Shown: one piece after another, positions 59,767 to 64,000 of the stretch
How the letters are laid out: every line of letters begins with the position of its first letter
Numbering within the stretch: position 1 is the stretch's first letter
Assembly: GCA_965235115.1 (NCBI GenBank)
Contig: OZ249447.1
Location: 22,196,001-22,260,000, forward strand
Direction of reading: 5' to 3'
DNA from: Laetmonice hystrix
Lineage: Eukaryota
DNA: 64,000 bases
The notes under the pieces: generated by a model
Seen by the model: the letters and a program-made list of their open reading frames with translations, nothing else
Told to the model about the DNA's origin: nothing
Databases searched by the model: none
Position numbers and translations under genes: made by a program

Positions 59767-60918
59767 GGTAGTGTAAGCGATTTTATGGCCACGTTCTATA
59801 GAAGACGATTGAATGAAGACACTTGATGGCCCGTTGAGCGAAGCTGTCCTGTCATTAAAATGTGTCCTTCCCGCCTCGGGGATAACAGACCCTGAAATCT
59901 TCTGGTAACAGTAGTAATTTAACAAACATTCTGAAGAGTGCTTTAAAAGGAGCGAAACATAGTTGGTGATGCCACGGGCGACCTTCTCTGCAAGTTGTTT
60001 GGAATGAGCGAAGGAGGGGCGGGCTCCCATGAGGGTCACTAGATAACAGGAGTGGGCTCAGTCGGACGCCGGGTAGGTTTCCAACTTTAACTGGAGGAAA
60101 ATGTGATGATGGCATTTTCAGTGTTTATGCACGGTGTTGATTCCGACAGTGGGGCCTGGTAATTCCCGCGGCTGCTAGCGTATCGTTTCCACGCCACGCT
60201 GTCACTCAACTTCTATTGAGACTCTCAGAGGACACCTCTCCGTAGGATACTCCTGCTGCTGGCTGTGCCCTCCATCATCAGTGGAGCTGTATGCCAGGGG
60301 TGGGGGCGGGGGTGAGGGGGGTTAAAACTGGAGGGGTGGGGGTAGGCTAGATTGGCGGGACGCAGGGTGAGTCAATGATTTGGTATCTGGTCCTGGGGTA
60401 GATAGAGGCACCCGGCAGGACGGGGGGCTTAGATGAGGTCAGACTTCCAAAGGTGTGGACCGTACTAGGAACCTCGGTGAGCGTCACATGTGGCCGGCTC
60501 CACAGGGCTTACTGCCCGCTAGGAGTGAGTGAATGAGTGAGTTAGTAGCGATCTCACCGGCCGAGTATCACCACTGATGATGAACCACTGGCTGCCCAGA
60601 CTGGCGGCAGTAAAGATACGGTGTGGTTACCCGAACTGACCAGTTCCACCGCTCCCAGACACGGCCAGTCACTTGGTGAATGTTGGACTTGGCATGTGGC
60701 GGCGACCAGGAGACTACCTCCATCAGGGTGGCGGTGTCCGGTAACCTAGCTCCTCCATTGCAGTTCTCCACGCCGAACTGGACTAACCTGACAAGGTAGA
60801 GGCTATAAGTGAGTTTAAATTCCCACCTAAACTCGCAGCGGTTCAAGATATTGACGGGTTTATACGGGGATAAGTTAGCAGTCGACTACAGTGCTGAGGA
60901 TGGTATACGTGCAGGCAA

Positions 60919-61187
60919 GGTTTGTAGTGGCGACTTTTCATTGATACATCCTCTGTAACCAATGGCTCGGAGTAACAGCAACAGCAGCTGGTGCACCTAC
61001 TCATTGATACATCCTCTGTAACCAATAGCTCAGAGTAACAGCAACAGCAGCTGGTGCACCTACCTTCCTGTTGAGATACGTTCAGTCCAGGTTTGTAGTG
61101 GCTAGACTTTTCATTGATACATCCTCTGTAACCGATGGCTCAGAGTAACAGCAACAGCAGCTGGTGCACCTACCTTCCCGTTGAGAT
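60919..61187. repeat. Irregular triplication of a 65-100-bp segment
   Basis: TCATTGATACATCCTCTGTAACC...GCAGCTGGTGCACCTAC near 60938, 61001 and 61111. Confidence 0.85.
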
Positions 61188-63925
61188 GGAGCAACAAACT
61201 TTATTTACGAAACGGGTATTTATCAGATTTATACAGAGTTTGTTGGTTATTATTGATTGTCATGTAAACCTTGGTAAACTTCCCCACATGACATCGTTTG
61301 GAGATGATGTTAAATATTTAATCCACACTCTCCAGTTGAACCGTTCTGTCAGACCCGTTATTAAACGTTTACTGGTCTCAAACTCGGACACATGGTGTAA
61401 ATTAATCTAACACTCAGAAATAATCCTACGTTGTGTGATGGTGAAGACTAGCAGCAGGTGCTCGTTATCACTGTCTGGGTCGAAGCGTCCATAGCGGGCT
61501 GTGATGGAACGAAAACAGCACATATAGGGGGAATTCTTTACCACTTTTCCTACCACATTTATTTTACTTAATTTACACACACAAAAAAATGTAATATATA
61601 TATTTGCACTGTAGTAGGCCCTGGAACAAAACACGGAGTACATGATAAGATATATGGACATGTTTAGCTCATATTTTATTGACGTGAAATATGACCAAAT
61701 CTAGTCAGAGAGAAGAGGCGGTAACTATACTGTCTCAGAGAGTGAAATGTCGTAGAGGTGTTACAACTGACTTTGTCCCCAAAACTCCATTCATTCTGCC
61801 ATCATTAACTTTAATACCCAGTATTATCAGAAGGTACGAATTGGAATTATCAACTGTATTAGAAAGTGAAAGTAAATCCACATATTGCTAAAGTTCCCTT
61901 ATTATAGTCTTCATGTACACAGAGATTTAACTCGAGTAGTTATGTGTGTGTTTTGGCACCCACTTTGGTAATTACCTGAATTGAGACTCAGAGAAAGAGG
62001 TATTAAAAGGATCCGGGTCACCGAGTACCACTGACCCACAAAGTTGAATAGGGCTAATTGATCCATTAAATTCACACTAAAACGGATCATTAAACCTCTT
62101 AGGGCTCGTATTCAAAATACAGCAGGGCCAGATGAAAAATTTAAAAATGATAAATCCTGATAGATAAGGCAATACTGTTGATGTCTTTGTTCACAATACA
62201 TGTTGGATTGACTCCCCGTTGTTAATCCTGGGAGACTTTACGTTTGATTGAGTCATGTAGGAGGTAAACATAATCAGTATATGAAAGGTGTATTTAATCT
62301 GGAAGTGGTCTCCCTAAATTATGGTATTATTCCCCCAAAGAAAAATATAATCCAGTCTCCAGAAGTCAGGTTAAGACTTTGAAACAGCTGCAGGGATACT
62401 TAGTTAGACTTGGCAATGTCTGAACCAGACCAGTAAGCCAGACTTACAGGTAGGCAGTGAGAAGTTAGCAACCTCCCCCTCCCCACCCCCACCCCATTGA
62501 CCTGACCTGGGTGACTGGGCCTATAGCACGCCGCCACTCCCCCAGCCGTCCCGGCTACCTCCCGGGGTTCCTGCCGGCCAGCCGGTCCCCCAGCCAGCCG
62601 GTCACGGCAGCAATGGTCCGAGGTGTGCGTGTCTGAGGCCCATATCGGCCGACCACCACCCCGGCCACACCATGCCCGCTCACCGCAATGGTCAAACAGC
62701 ATCTCCGCCGTGCCGTACTCTTACATTACGGCTATCAAAAAGTAGACATTACTCTCAGATTTATGTTCCCCTGGAGAACCGATTAATTACGTTGAGAATA
62801 GGCGCGGCCCGTGAAGACCGACCGACCCCCGTGGCCACTTCTCACACACTCCATTCTCCCAGTCATCATCGCCAGTTAGCTGGAACCATAACGCCAAACG
62901 GACACATTTCTCAGCTGACCACTGGTTCTGGCCATTTGTGGGGAAAATGGAAGGGGCCACCAGCTACGAATTATAATAAAATGGGATGAAAGAATGACAT
63001 CAAGAAAAAGACGACCATGAAGTGGGCATTAATTGTCCACATCGTTGGTTTTGATGTGTTTGATCAGTCTCGTGAATTCAGCGTGCAAGCGGCCTCACTT
63101 TTATTACATTTGACACACTCTTTAAAAGGAAAAAAAGGAGAAGTATAAAAAGGGAACATTTTTAAACAGGACAGTTCCAAGTTGAACATATTCGCATGTT
63201 CATTGCTTACAGCGTCGTAAAGCTGAAGTTGTAGTACCCCCTGGGTGTGGAGTAAATTACAGTGCTTTTTTCTGGCAGAAAGAATCGCGTATTAGATATT
63301 TTGTCTAGATTACCTGTTGCCGACACCCAATCTGCACCAAAGCTGTACATATGTAAAGTTAGTTGTTAACCCCATAGAGTATATTGCATCGACTGTGGGG
63401 GGAAAGCTTGAAGGAGTCAAGGATGTTTGGAGAGCGCCTCAGTATGTTAATTAGGTCAGCGTTGCTAATCTTCATCATATGTTCATTATCTAAGACTGCA
63501 TCACAGGGGGCAGGGAACCTGCCGTGTCAGATAGGCTTGATTGAAACTCGGGTGACACGTCACAGGCTGGGTGAGAAAAAGTAATTAAGTCCGGAATGAT
63601 TGGCACGTAGCACCCGAAATAACATGAGATTGTTTGGAAATACATGTACACCCATATATCGTCTGTTTATTGAGAATGTGAAAATCTAATGCCGGGTATT
63701 TAGGACATACTTAGGACCAAATAGCCCAAGATATACGAACACTGTTTCATAGAATAAGTTTTCTTCTTTGGTCTTTTTCTTCAAGTTGGGTGTGTTTGTA
63801 ACACAAAGCACTGAAATATAAGGGTTGACACTATTGCAGGGACAGGGTGATAGATTTGCCACAGACCTCCATGATTTCAAGTGACAAATATTTGGTATGA
63901 GAGATGTTTCTCATGAGGTAAGATT

Positions 63926-63942
63926 TGGCCACCTGGTGGCAG
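63926..63942 (-). promoter_or_regulatory. CTCF-like motif
   Basis: Minus strand GCCACCAGGTGGC matches the CCASYAGRKGGC core; motif match only. Confidence 0.3.
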
Positions 63943-64000
63943 ACCTCGGCGGACGGTTACTTCATGGGGTCAAGTACAAAGAATGGGCGACTAAAGGTCA

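Overview
Eukaryotic (metazoan, probably invertebrate; inference from composition and repeat families) genomic DNA that is mostly intronic or intergenic. The one clearly coding unit is a complete, apparently intact 4586-bp tyrosine-recombinase (DIRS-superfamily, Ngaro-type) retrotransposon at 644-5229. It has split direct repeats in the order A1-ORFs-B1-A2-spacer-B2, a gag ORF, an RT/RNase H ORF and a YR ORF. Its most interesting property is that pol has no usable ATG and lies in the same frame as gag, separated by a single TAG that is followed by a base-paired GC-rich segment. This suggests gammaretrovirus-style stop-codon readthrough giving a 917-aa Gag-Pol. Gag also has a SAM-like N-terminus and a C-terminal CCCH finger, and the A repeat can fold into a pseudoknotted multi-hairpin RNA. 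The remaining ~59 kb holds about 15 unrelated minisatellite arrays, two of which are arrays of perfect bZIP sites (CRE x6, D-box x10). It also holds four MITEs (three Harbinger-like with CWG target sites, one with an apparent 6-bp TSD), a duplicated (GAA)n-tailed retroelement end, faint Gypsy and Penelope remnants, and a few weak candidate host exons. No host gene could be identified. Most long ORFs in the track are artefacts of stop-free tandem repeats. All alignments and RNA folds were done by eye.
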